DNA of 64,000 nucleotides from Eledone cirrhosa (Eukaryota): the NCBI GenBank assembly GCA_964016885.1, contig OZ024740.1:243412001-243476000 (forward strand). Reading direction: 5' to 3'. This document shows, piece after piece, positions 1-12,247 of the stretch (the first letter of the stretch is position 1; every line of letters starts with the position of its first letter). Both the position numbers and the translations under genes were made by a program. The notes beneath the pieces are model-generated. The model saw only the letters and a list, made by a program, of their open reading frames with translations. It was not told the DNA's origin and made no database searches.

Positions 1-272
1 ATTTTTATGACACAATGAATTATTATTTTTGTATTTGCATATATTAAACTTTAAATTGCTTTTAGAATAGTTGTATAACAGACATCATCGCATTTCATTT
101 TGAATTGTTTAAAAATGGTTATGTTACATTAAAAGCCCAATTTACTTTACCGTATTCATTATACTCTTATTCGGACTAAATTATATAGAAAATATATAAA
201 CGGGAATTGATTATGCTATACTCTTAAGCGGACTATACTCTTATCCGATATACTCTTAAGCGGACTCGACTG
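1..272. mobile_element. End of a Tigger/pogo-like DNA transposon or MITE
   Basis: Ends ...TTAAGCGGACTCGACTG next to a TG/TA run; the reverse complement CAGTCGAGTCCGCTTAA resembles a pogo/Tigger TIR. Four subterminal TATACTCTTAnnCG repeats at ~160-265. Other end is outside the window. Confidence 0.45.
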
Positions 273-297
273 TGTATATATATATATATATATATAT

Positions 298-566
298 CAT
301 CATCATCATCATCATTATCATTTTACGTCCGCTTTTCCCTGCTTGCAAGGGTGGGACGGGAACTGATTCTGGCTTGATTTCTACAGCTGGATGCCCTTCC
401 TAACACCAACCTCATTTACAGTGAGTGGTGGGTGCTTTTTTGGTGTGGCACCTCCACGACCACTTTGCAGTGGAATGATAGGGACCCCAGTCCCTATCAT
501 CTCATTTCTACAGCTGAGTAAACTGGAGCAATGTGAAATAAAGTGTCTTGCTCAAGGAAACAACAC

Positions 567-571
<5 letters not shown>
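298..571 (-). mobile_element. SINE family 1 (CORE-like body, RTE-derived tail), headless copy
   Basis: Near-identical to 57988-58340 but lacks the tRNA head; (GAT)n tail; flanked by (TA)n on both sides. Confidence 0.9.
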
Positions 572-609
<38 letters not shown>

Positions 610-1321
610 TCAGTTTTTTTATCTCAGTTTTTTTATCTCAGATTTTTTTCTCAGTTTTTTATCTGTTCTGATATAGACCTAGGAATTTTAAACTAGACAT
701 ATGATCATTATTTTTTCACACATTATTGATACGTGTCTCATTCATGAATACTGATATTTACATTATAATACCTAATTCATACGAATTGATATTTTTAGGA
801 TGATGAAACATAATGTTTTAAATCTGCCTCGTTTATCTCTGGATATTTTTCTTTTCTCTCTATGTAACGGCTGTTTTCTCTCCTAACCACATATATCTCT
901 CTCTACCTTAATACTAGAACTAAATAAATAAATAAATATATCATTGATACGTCATTCAACTGGTGCCCAACTACCTATTTTCTTTCTCTCTATCTCTATC
1001 TATATCTATCTCTCTCTATTTTTTTCTCTCTCTCTCTTCTCTCTCTCTCTCTCTATCTATCTCCCTCTGTGTTTTTTTCTCTCTCTATCTATCTCTCTCT
1101 GTTTTTTCTTGACATGAATTTCTTCTCTCTATCTATCTCTCTATATCTATCTCTCTCTGTTTTTCGTTGCATGCATTTCTTCTTTTTCTTCGCTTTCTTT
1201 CTTTCTTTCTTTTTATAACTGTCCCTAACATTTTTCACTACCAAATCAACTTTTTAAATGAAAGTTGAAGTTGTAAGGTATGTCAAATCTATCTATTTAT
1301 AAGACTGTTTATATTGTATTT

Positions 1322-1372
1322 TGTCTGAAGAAGGCATACCATATTTTTAATATGATATCCCTGAAATATATA
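1322..1372 (+). ncRNA. Degenerate type I hammerhead motif with long stem II (Penelope-like remnant)
   Basis: CTGAAGA-A-GGCATACCATATT-ttt-AATATGATATCCC-t-GAAA; stem II is mostly paired, stems I/III are not recoverable. Confidence 0.4.
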
Positions 1373-1460
1373 TAATGAAATAGATATGGTTTTATAAATA
1401 TAGTTTCCATTTATTTAATATCGTATATATATATATATATATATATATAAATATATATAT

Positions 1461-1740
1461 ATTGTTATTATATTTGGGGAGGGTCATATTGTTATAATAT
1501 TGCCAGAAATAATAATAAAACACACTCACTGTCTGGTTGGATTGGATTTCACTTCTGTATCTTTTATATCTCTATAGTTAATTTATCTGGCAATCAATTT
1601 TTATCACTGATTGACCAACGGTTAAAATATAGATATAAATATATATATAGTCTATCAAAGTTCTTTCGCCACACATCTGTTACATCATTAGTGGTACTAT
1701 TATGTTTCCTCCTGTTGTATTGTAATGTCTACGCCATTTT
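1461..1740. repeat. Interspersed repeat, uninterrupted paralogue of 30989-31900
   Basis: Aligns with 30989-31173 joined directly to 31808-31900 across AGATATAAATATATAT (1631-1649). Confidence 0.85.
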
Positions 1741-1992
1741 TATTTTATTTATTTATTTATTCTTGTCTCTGTCTCTGTTTGCGTGTGTGTTTTCTGTTTG
1801 GTGTGTGTGTTCATGTCTGAGTCTATGTGTGTTTGTATTCTATCTTTGTTCACCAGTGTGTGTTTATGTGTAGTTGTTGTTATTGTACTTGTGTATATTT
1901 ATTTATTTATTTATATTTACCTTAGGTCAGTATTGTGTGTTTGGGTATGGTTGTTGTTGTTATTCCATTCCTTTTTTTCTGTTCAACTTCTG

Positions 1993-2445
1993 TTACACCT
2001 CTCTAAGACAGTGTCACTGGATCGAGATCTTTGGCGCTACGCAGTAATACAGAAGACCCGCCTTCCCTTACATACAAACTTAAACCTACAGTCAGTAGAC
2101 ACCTCTTAACCCAATATACACCCCACACCCTGCATCCCCTACTCCATCCTCCTACTTCCACCCACACCACCCTTTCGCTGTAAAATTATGTTGGTACCAC
2201 AGAACATCCAGTCCTCACTAAAGTAGTCGTGTAGGTGTGACGACAAAAAGCACCCAGTCCACATTGTAAAGTGGTAGTGTAGGAGACACGGTTAAAAAGC
2301 ACCCAGTCCACACTGTAAATGTGGTTGGAGTTAGGAAGGGCATCCAGCTGTAGAAAACCTGCCAGACAGTCACCCGACCAATCTTGCCTTAAGTGGGACA
2401 AACCCGTCTGACCCATGCTAGACGTTAAACGATAATGATGATGAT
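1993..2445 (+). mobile_element. RTE LINE subfamily A, 3' fragment
   Basis: Encodes LHLSKTVSLDRDLWRYAVIQKTRL, then a 3'UTR matching 42865-43262 and a (GAT)n tail. Confidence 0.9.
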
Positions 2446-3112
2446 TGGTTCCTATTAGTTCACCAATTTACCAGCTTGAGCATTCAACGCTCCTTATTAT
2501 ATATATGTACACATGCATGCACACACACACACACACACATACACACACATGTGTGTGTGTATGTCTTTATGTTTGTAACTTTCTATCTATCTATGTTGAA
2601 TTATACAAAAGTAATTGAGCAATTCATTGAATGGTTTTATTGATAGGACCGATACTGTTGTCTGTTAATCAATAGGGATATTGTTAGGCTTTTCTTAGCC
2701 ATAAAGCATAGAATATTGATTATCTGCCAAAGTTAGAAAAATATATTTGAAAACTGAAAACTTCCTTAATATCTATAATGTTCTTCAACAAAGAATGTAT
2801 GCAATGAAAATATTTAAGTATTAAAGAAAATTTATAATTTTCTTTCATTTGATATAATATAATAAATCTACATAACGTTATTTTAAGATATTCAGTTGAG
2901 AAATTTTGAATTTATTCTTGTCTTAACTATGATTACAATTGACCTGTAGTGAATGTTGTTTAGCCTCAGGTATAATCAGATCCATAAGACCTCTCATCAA
3001 AGATTTGATGTAATTCCTCTACCTTTCGCAGTTTTTTATGTTTTTCACTCTAGTGGCAATATACCCCCTGTAATGAAAACACATTCTTTTCATGTATTTT
3101 CTCCTTTATATT

Positions 3113-3148
<36 letters not shown>

Positions 3149-3170
3149 GTGTGTGTGTGTGTGTATATAA

Positions 3171-3212
<42 letters not shown>

Positions 3213-3244
3213 TATATATATATATACACACACACACACACATA

Positions 3245-3296
3245 CTTGCAAGCAGGAAAAAGCGGACGTAAAATGATGATGATGATGATGATGATA
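3245..3296 (+). mobile_element. Isolated RTE-B/SINE tail
   Basis: CTTGCAAGCAGGAAAAAGCGGACGTAAAA(TGA)n between microsatellites. Confidence 0.8.
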
Positions 3297-4259
3297 TATA
3301 TATATGTATATACACATACATATACATTTAGTGAATAGATTGTAGTGGCTATGTTTTGGTTTGGTGTTGTAGAGACAGAATGTAGAGTAGATGTAGCAAT
3401 GGAAGGAATTGGTTTGTGTTTGTTGTTGTTCATTTGAACATGGCAGAGGTTGTAGTAGTAAAGTTGTTGGTTTGCATAAGTTAAAATGCGTCCCATATAT
3501 AAACATTGTGTCAAATGCTGTTGAATGAACAAATAAAACATGATCGCTACTTAAAGAAATTTTATTAAGAAAATAGCTAACTTCGATGTTATTGTTGATA
3601 AGACAGAAAAACAACAAAGAACAAAGTGAATTGAGTGGTTGGTTTGCATGAATGCAGTAGTAGTCTGACCAGATGCATTGAATAAACTTTTATCCAAGTA
3701 GCCTAACCCTGTTGACTGGGTTGGAGTGTTTTGCTAAGCGTTACATCTCTCTACTGCTTGAGCAACTTGAAGTGATGTCTGTCTCATCTGAGAAACAAGA
3801 GTGGAATGGCCTAAAGAAAATATTATCTCATTTAATCCCAAGTTGGCCAGTTTCTCCAGAGTGCAGGCACCAACCCAAGATAAAGAAAATCAGCACCCAA
3901 GTGTAGAGAGATTTCGCTACATATATATGTGTTTGTGTGTATGCACACACACTCTTTTTCTTACATATACACACACACACACATTTCTTCTTAGCTTCAT
4001 ATGGACGTATAATAACACACACATACACATGTTTATGCACGTGCACAAGTATAGCTCTTTTTACAAAACGTTTTTTTTTTTCCATTTCAGGTAGACGCGC
4101 TCCATCATCCACTTTTCTACAAAATAAATCATACACAAAACGCCAGCACCAACAGTTTTCCAAGAGATGTCAACATGAATGGATCTGTTATTTTTATCTA
4201 AAGACATTTTTTCCAATTCCAACCCGCCCGTCCCCTCAATCTATCTTATTTCTCATTCT

Positions 4260-4296
4260 TTCTTCTGATGAAGGACTAGCCTCTGAAACATTAAGA
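4260..4296 (+). ncRNA. Minimal type I hammerhead motif (Penelope pseudo-LTR type)
   Basis: TCTT-CTGATGA-A-GGACTAGCCTCT-GAAA-CATT-AAGA; stem I TCTT/AAGA; related copies at 13296-13329 and 30772-30810. Confidence 0.6.
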
Positions 4297-4676
4297 CCCT
4301 CTTCCTGCTATTTCAAGAGTTAACCTAATATATTCCTTCCATATACTGTGCCGATTGTGTTGTTATTTCTGTTTACCTTTTACATATGTATATATATCTA
4401 TATATGTGTGTGTGTTTATATATATATTTATGTATGTATGTATGTTTGTGTGTGTGTGTATAATATATATATAGGTTGATTGCTACTCTGTAGACTGCTG
4501 CTGACTTGAGTAAAGTAAGATCATGATTACGGGTAAGACATGGACTCTGCAAGCCGTAGTGAAGGCAACCCATCTAGGAGGGCAGTGACTCTGATTAAAA
4601 ATGATTGTACGGGGCAGACATGGACTCCGTAAACTATAGTGAAGGCAACTCATCTAGGAGGACAGGTCTCTGATTA

Positions 4677-4840
4677 ATAATTGTTTCTACTTTTGGCACA
4701 AGGCCAGCAATTACCCAGTACATTACTGGTACTTTATTTTATCGACCCCATAAGGATGAAAGGCAAAGTTAACCTCGGCGGGATTTGAACTCTGAATGGC
4801 AAGGGCCGTAACTCTATGCGTCAAAGCATGGCGTCCAACC
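4677..4840 (-). mobile_element. SINE family 2 (Nin/Deu-domain-like)
   Basis: Contains the reverse complement of TTTGCCTTTCATCCTTAYGGGGTCGATAAAATAAAGTACCAG; matches 29803-29992. Confidence 0.85.
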
Positions 4841-5467
4841 CTGCATGGGGCACAGGTAGGGCTCTGTAAGCTGTAGTGAAGGCAACCCTTCTAGAACAGT
4901 AGACACTCCAAATACAAACTGATACAGAGTGGAGAGGGCTCTTGAATGCAATAAGACAACCTCTCTAGTGCTGGTGGCACAAATAATGCACCTAGTCCAG
5001 TGGTTGGTGATAGGAAGGGATCCAACCAGAAAAACCCTGCTAAAAATATGACAAGGACAACAAATATTTTCACTAATTGTATATGCAGGGCTAACACAAA
5101 TCATGTTAGTGCTGTGTATGGCAGTGGGGTGGTTAGAGAAGCCATGTGCAAGAATCCCTCGACCGTCTTCAAGCAATTGCACAACCACTTTCCTTTTCAG
5201 GTACATAGAACCTCTAACCAAGGAGGTAACAACAACTATCAAGGTAGAAATCTCAGGATTGCCACCCTCAATGTTGGCACCCTGAAAAGTAAATCGGGTG
5301 AAATTGTGGAATTGTTCAAGAGAAGAGCCGTAGATGTATGCTGTGTACAAGAAGTGAGAGGGAGGGTGCCTCAGTGAGATTAATCACTGGCAAATAACAG
5401 AGATATAAACTCTACTGGGTAAGAAAGGACGATGGGGTAGGTGGTATGGGCATCCTACTAGCTAAGA

Positions 5468-6122
5468 ATCATCATCATCGTTTTTACATTCATTTTTCCA
5501 TACTTGCATGGGTTGGGAAGGCTCCTTCTTAGCACAGCATCTCTCCACTCAGCATGTTTTTTTCATTATCACCTCTCTGAGTCACAGCTATTTGAGGTCA
5601 GCTTTCACCACTGCTGCCCTGGTCTTTCTCAGTCTACTTCTACTGCAGCTTCCTTCCACTGGTATTTCCTGGCACTTCTTCTCCCATCAATAATCATCCA
5701 TGCACAACACATGTCCATACTAATGCAGTCTTCTCTCCTGCATATCACCTCAGATTTCTCTTAAACCCAGCTTCTTCAGTTGATCCAAGCTCTGCCTTTC
5801 TCTCACATTTGCATTGCACATCCAATGAAGTATGGCTGCTTCATTTTCCTCCAGTCTAAGCATGTCTTTTTGCAGCCACTGCCCATGTTTCACTACTATG
5901 CAGCATTATGCATCACGCACAGGCATCATATAGTCATCCTTTTGTACATAGGGACAACACTTTTGTTGTCAACAGTGGGAGTAGATCTGTAAACTTCTTC
6001 CATCCTATTCTTATTCAAGTTATGCTCTCAGAGCATGCTCTTCCATTGCTAATTAAGTTGCTCAGATAGCAGAAGCTACTAACCACTTCTACGGACCTTT
6101 CCTGTGACTTGAAGAGGTTTAT
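5468..6122 (-). mobile_element. RTE LINE 3' fragment (degraded) nested in another RTE
   Basis: (CAT)n tail at 5468; the reverse strand resembles the SFCYL...GW(K)KF...W(R)DAVL region of the other copies. Confidence 0.8.
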
Positions 6123-6470
6123 ATGTATAGATAAGGAGATAGAGTAGTTAGAGTAAGTGACAGAATCATCAAGCTTAGAATAGCTATAGGAAATAGAATA
6201 GTGACAATTACATCTACCTATGCTCCACAGGCAGGACTAAATAAAGACCAAAAGGACAGGTTCTATGAGGAACAAACAATTTCAAGTACTGATGAAATAG
6301 ACCTTATCATCTTGGCAGGCAACTTCGATGGATATGTGGGGCTGTACCAAGACAGATTCTGTGGAGTTGAAGGCTGTTATGGTTATGGCTCAAGAAATGC
6401 AGAGGAAATGGAGAGATGCTGTGCTGAGAAGGAGCCATTCAACCTATGTTAGCTCAACTTACTGTGATAT

Positions 6471-6685
6471 TTAACTCTTAACACCCAGTACTACATTAAC
6501 ACATATTAACAAGATATTCTTAAAAAGTAAAAAACAGTACTATAACTGCAGTGCATTAAAGATTAAAGTTTTAAACTCTCACATTACAACGATCTGTCCC
6601 CTAGTAAAGAGACTCTCAGCATTTGAATTAACAAATTCATTATAAAATATTTTCTACTAAATCATTACAGGATGTTAAGAGTTAA
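6471..6685. mobile_element. piggyBac-type MITE
   Basis: TTAA-CTCTTAACACCCAGTA ... TACAGGATGTTAAGAG-TTAA: 16-bp imperfect TIR with TTAA target duplication. Confidence 0.7.
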
Positions 6686-6905
6686 TGTATGAGGTATGCT
6701 TGGCTCAACATTGTTAGTATTTAAACTATGTATTATCCTTGACTCAACAAATAGTAGTATATAGTGTATGTGGTATTTGTGGCTCAACACATAGTAATAT
6801 GCAATGTACTTGGTATCCATGACTCAACATATAGTAATAGCTAATGTCTGTGGTGTCCTTGATTCAATATACATATGTGATATCTGTGGCTCAACATATA
6901 GTAGC
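6686..6905. repeat. 40-bp minisatellite (left part)
   Basis: CTCAACA core at 6704, 6743, 6783, 6823, (6863), 6890; same unit at 7645 and 7685. Confidence 0.8.
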
Positions 6906-7009
6906 ATATATATATACTCACACACGTATATAAACACATACACAACACATCACATTTGATATAGTGTCTATAATATATGATAGTGCACATACTTAAATAT
7001 GGAATGATA

Positions 7010-7605
7010 CACGATGGGGCCCCATCCACAGCCCCGGCGGACAGGATGGAGAAGGTGTTTCTCCAGAGGACGGCAAGGGAAACGCGCTGGAAAAGCCACT
7101 CCAACTCGCGGGGCTCACACCTGCGGCTGGCCAGCTCAGCGACTATGGTGGTGAGTAGGGAGGTAGCCCTAGGGCCAAGGACACCAGAAGTCTCCACTGT
7201 CAGGGGTACAACCGCAAACTTGTCGGAGAGCGACCGGTATTTGAGGAGTTTGGCCTCCTCAGCCCGATGTGCAGCAGAACCTGGGTTAGTTGCAGACTGC
7301 ACCAGGTTGCGGCTGCAGAAAGTGTCGGTGCAAGTAGCATCCCAGATGAGAGGTTTGCCACCTCGGAAAGGGAAGATGGTCGTGCTATCTGGCCTTTTGC
7401 CGTCCCCTCGGTCCAGCCCCACTGGCTCGAGCTAGGAAGGGAAGCCCACAGCGTCCAAGCCATGCTTTATGACCTCGTTGAGGGCAGCAAGGCGTGGAAG
7501 GCGGCCGGCACTGTGGCGACAAGAAAGCAGCTGGAGACCAAAACAGTCCACGGTGGATCCGCAGCGACATTGGTGTGGCTCGCAGATCCGGTGGCTCGGC
7601 CTCAA
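7010..7605 (-). mobile_element. CRE-clade-like non-LTR retrotransposon, C-terminal Zn knuckle + restriction-like endonuclease fragment
   Basis: Hand translation: [85 protein letters not shown]...EEAKLLKY...PLTVETSG...QRVSLAVLWRN. RPD...D...K-KY RLE signature; one in-frame stop. Confidence 0.8.
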
Positions 7606-7688
7606 GTATTTACTGGTTGTCTTTACTGTATGTGGTATCTGTGGCTCAACATACAGTAATATTTATTGTACATGGTATCTGTGGCTCA

Positions 7689-9635
7689 ACATCATCATCA
7701 TCATCACCATTTTATGTCCGCTTTTCCCTGCTTGCAAGGGTTAGACGGGTCATATTCAGCACAGCATCTCTCCACTTGTCACGGTCCTTCGTCATCTCCT
7801 CCGTGAGCTTCAGCGATCTGAGGTCTGCTCACACCACCTCTGCCCATGTTTTTCGTGGTCTACCTCTACTGCGTCTTCCCTCCACTGGGACTTCCTGGCA
7901 CTTCTTCACCCATCGGTCATCCTCCATGCGCATCACATGTCCATACCTTCTCTCCTGCACACCACAACTTATCCCTCTTATACCTAGTTTCTTTCTCAAC
8001 TCGTCTATGCCTGGTCATTCACGCACATTGACATTGCACATCCAACAGAGCATACTTGCTTTATTTCTCTCCAGCCATCACATATCTTCTGCAGTTGCTG
8101 CCCATGTCTCACTACCACTATCGCGCATCTCACACAGGCATCATATAACCGTCCTTTCATACGCAGGGAGAAACCCATCTTTGTCAACAGAGGAAGCAGC
8201 TCCCTAAACTTCTTCCAACCCGTCCTTATTCTAGATACTATGGCCTTGGAACACCCCCATCCCATGCTAATCTGATCACCTAGGTACCAGAAGCTATCAA
8301 CCACTTTTATAGAACCCACCTACATTGGAAAAATGAGTCTATCACAATGATTACTACTGCCAACTTTCCCTGTACATCTACTGCATACATAGTTTTCCCT
8401 ACCTGTTAGTTTGCCTGCTATCCCACTACATCTCTTGTGTACCCAAGATCTGCATTGTGTACATTTTATGGAATTTATGCCAGTTCCTTTCCTACATATC
8501 CAACATGGCCATTTCCCTGATGGAATCAGAGTATTGTCCTTTCTTCTACTTATCAATGCCTTTGTTTTAGCTATGTTCACTCTCAGGCCTCTTGATTCCG
8601 TCAGAGGGACCAGCTATTGAGATTGACAAATATAGTGTACAAGAGGCAATTAAGGAAATGAAGAATGGTAAGGCTTCTGGGCCGTCGGGGATAATTGCTG
8701 AGATGCTGAAGGCTTCAGGAGAAGTAGGCACTAAACTAGTTGCACGCATCATTATATGGTGGTGTCATACCCAAAGACTGGTGCAGCAGTATTCTCATAA
8801 ATTGTTACAAAGGTAAAGGGGATGTTCTAGAGAGGAACAATTATAGAGGCATAAAGCTGATGGATCAGGTTATGAAAGTGGCAGAGAGAATATTAGCGCA
8901 ATTAATTAGAGAAAAGGTCAATTTAGATAAGATGCAGTTTGGTTTTGTGCCTGTGAAAAGTACAACAGATGCCCTCTTCATAGTGAGGCAACTACAAGAG
9001 AGGTTCTTAGAGAAGAATAAGCCACTATACTTAGTTTTTGTTGACCTAGAGAAGGCCTTTGATAGGGTACCCCGATCTGTCATCTGGTGGTCCCTAAGGA
9101 AACTAGGTGTAGAGGAATGGCTTGTGAGGACAGTGCAAGCTATGTACAGGGGTGCTGTCAGTAGAGTGAGAATAGGAATGTAGTTTAGTGAGGAATTCCA
9201 GATACAAGTAGGTGTACATCAAGGTTCTGTCCTTAGCCCACTTTTGTTCATTATAGTCCTCCAAGCCATAACAGAGAAGTTTAAGACTGGCTGCCCATGG
9301 GAACTTCTCTATGCTGATGATATGGTTCTTACAGCAGAATCAGTAAAGGAGCTAGAGAATAAATTCTGGCTATGGAAACAGCAGTTGGAATCAAGAGGAT
9401 TGGGAGTGAACATAGCTCAAACAAAGGCATTGATAAGTAGAAAAGAGGACAATACTCTGATTCCATTGGGGAAATAGCCATGTTTGTAGTGAAGGAATTG
9501 GCATAAATTCCATAAAATGTATGCAATGCAGATCTTGGGTGCACAAGAGATGTAGTGGGATAGCAGGCAAACTAACAGGTAGGGAAAAACTATGTATGCA
9601 GTAGATGTACAGGGAAAGTTGGCAGTAGTAATCGC
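7689..9635 (-). mobile_element. RTE LINE subfamily B with 5' inversion
   Basis: Tail and 3' part on the minus strand (7689-8597); RT part EGPAIEID...YADD...GKVGSSN on the plus strand (8598-9635). Confidence 0.9.
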
Positions 9636-10289
9636 TATATTTTACACTGTGTAAGATGTACATTTTTACTCCTAAAATCTGCCTGCATCTTATACACTAA
9701 AGGTATGAATATAATAATCTATATTTGATAAGACCCATGTCTGTCAGTTGATCCATCATGCTCTCTCGATATAGAGGGAAAAAATACTCCACCTCCCCTT
9801 CTTTAATTAATATGCAAACAAATAAAAAGAATATAGAGTTTTTATCTTGGTTGTTTGTGTTTCTAGATATCCTTTAACATATAGACAACACAAACTTCAA
9901 AAAAAGATTTTCACTATACTGACAGGTTGTTGTTGTTACTGTTGTTATTACTGAAAGAGCAATACAGTGAGAGGGAGAGAGTGTATGTGAAAGATAGATA
10001 GAATTAAAATTTGTTTCGAGAAAAAAAAAACTCAACAGATTGTTGTTGTTGTTATTGAGAGAGAAATACAATGAGCGAGAGAGTGTGTGTGAAAGATAGA
10101 TATGTAGAGAGAGTTATCACCATACTAAGAGTTTTCAGTGAAAATGTGGGAATTTTGGGTGCAAGTCTGTCAACATGTGTGGAAAAGATATGTGTGTGCT
10201 TCAGTATATCCTAAGTAAAACCCCGGAACTACAACTAGTAATATTAATAGTAATGTAAATAATCAAAATACCATGTGTGTTTGTATAGT

Positions 10290-10440
10290 TGAATGAAACT
10301 GTGAAAGAGGTAGACCCAGGAAAACTTGGGATGATCTCGTAAAGGCTAAATCTCCTGAAGGAGATGTCACAGGGTCAGGTTATCTGGAGAGACATACTGT
10401 ACTACAGAAAACTCACCTTCCCAGAAGAGTAGGTTAAAAA
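10290..10440 (+). mobile_element. Old RTE 3' fragment
   Basis: AGAGGTAGACCCAGGAAAACTTGGGATGAT = RGRPRKTWDD motif. Confidence 0.6.
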
Positions 10441-10742
10441 TGCAGGCAAAGAGATAGAGTAACAAGCCCAACACTACTATCCACCTTAATCCCCTCACTC
10501 CCCAATCACATTCTTCACCCCCACCCACTTCTCTCATATAAGCTATGCCAACACAGAAATAAAAAAAAGAAGTATCCTCCCCACATTATTGTGCTTCCCC
10601 CTCCCACATCCCAAGTTCCCCTTCCCTACCCAATTTGTATCAGTATAAAAGAAAGATGTACCTCTAATTTACATACCTGTTCACTTCCTTGTCCAACCCT
10701 TGTTTGCATAGAAAGCCAGGTATGCTTCACAATAGCCATAAC

Positions 10743-10915
10743 TACCATATTTCTCAGTGCCGAAGACACTTCGTCCTCAAGGACACACCCTAATTTTGAC
10801 AACCAAAAATTTGAAATAAAAATAATAATGAAAAATGCAACCAATAATGTTTTGTAATATCAAGTATAAGGCTGCCTTATACAGTGGGGCATCTTTATAT
10901 GGAAATATATGGTAT
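10743..10915. mobile_element. Possible Tc2/pogo-like MITE (degraded)
   Basis: TA-CCATATTT ... ATATATGG-TA termini with internal TATAAG/CTTATA motifs. Confidence 0.35.
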
Positions 10916-11119
10916 ACCATTTTCACACCAGTCTATTATCAAGGTTTACTCCCTTCTAAACTCTCTTTGGAGTCTTGGGATACGCAATCTTTGTGCATCT
11001 ATCCCACACTTACCAGGACAGATTGCAGGCCCATCGCCAGTCTTTATAACATGAAATTTGATATATTTTTTTAACAGGCCCCTCTAGCTAAGGCCCAAGT
11101 GCATCCCTTGTTAACCCTT

Positions 11120-11251
11120 ATGAAGGATGATGCAGTATGATTCTTTTTGTTACCTCTAACTATATTGCAATTTTGGTGGTCTTATGCCAATCCACCAAAA
11201 CTGCAATATGGTGAGAGGTAACAAAAAGAATTATACCGCATTGTCCTTCGT
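11120..11251. repeat. 60-bp-arm inverted repeat (hairpin)
   Basis: Arms 11120-11179 and 11192-11251, ~8 differences, 12-nt loop. Confidence 0.85.
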
Positions 11252-12140
11252 GCAGGCTGTTCTTTTTAAATTTTGCCTAATCATGTCATTATTGAAAACG
11301 TAAGATTTTGATCTTTATACTTCAATTCCATTATCAAGTGACATTACACATTTTTCTTTCTTTCTTTTTTTTCAGTAAATCAGTTAACAGTGCTCCATTT
11401 TCCAAAGAACTGATATATTTAGCATAACATATTGATTAAGAGATATTAGTTTCATTCAGTATTCGTTTATTCAAAATTAGTAGCAGTACCCCTGCCTTGT
11501 CTGGATCTATTAATACATAAAATAAGCAGTCACAGGAATTCACTTTTTAGATAAATATGGTGGTGAATCCTTGTAGCATTTGTTTGGGATATTTCAACAA
11601 AGTTCAAGCCAATTTTACCTTTCATCATTTTGCCATGAATAAAATAGCAGTCGAGTGTGGTGATTTAGTATAACTGTTAGAAAGGTACCTTGCAGTATTT
11701 ATTCTGGCTCTTTGTATTCTGTCTGTTTCAGTTGTTCACTGAAAGGAAAAGACTGCTCATGAAATTAAGATGCAAGACATGTAATTAAGAGAATCACAAT
11801 CGCACACTATGTATGACATGGCTAGTCCTTTGCATTATAGCTACTGTCTATTTAATTAGCCTCTAATTAGTTTCTCTTGGATTGACTGAAAGTTATGACA
11901 AATGACAATTTTCCAAGATGCCCCTCAGTGGAATCCAGCCCAGAGCCATATGATTGCAAATTGAACTTCTTAACCATTCAGTCATATAATCATATAGCAG
12001 CCCTATATTGCATACAAATAGTTTAATAGAGTTTTGTGTTCATGGTGATGATAACATGCTATTAGATTGTATCAATTATATATTTATAACTAGTGTATGA
12101 TGTCATTTAAACAGTCAGAGATAGCTAGTTAATTAGTTAA

Positions 12141-12247
12141 TTGTTTTATGATCGTTTCAGGGGGTTGATTGATCATGGTAGATGTAATCGCTACCTGCTT
12201 CTAGTCTCAAAATCCTTGATCAATCCGACCATCTTCCCCAGGAACAA
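12141..12247 (-). ncRNA. Degenerate hammerhead motif, core mutated
   Basis: Minus strand TTGTTC-CTGGGGA...GATTGATCA//TGATCAATC...GAAA-CGATCA-TA-AAACAA; same GAAACGATCRTA end as 48005-48016. Confidence 0.35.

Larger units (their letters stand above)
4500..6410 (+). mobile_element. RTE LINE 5'UTR and APE endonuclease start, interrupted by two younger insertions
   Basis: RIATLNVGTLKSKSGEIVELFKRRAVDVCCVQEVR at 5256-5365. EN resumes at ~6130 (VRVSDRIIKLR; TITSTYAPQAG; IILAGNFDG) after the minus-strand insertion at 5468-6122. Confidence 0.85.

Noticed and set aside
6977-7659. Plus-strand 130-152 aa ORFs
   Set aside because: Antisense shadows of the GC-rich CRE-like coding strand.
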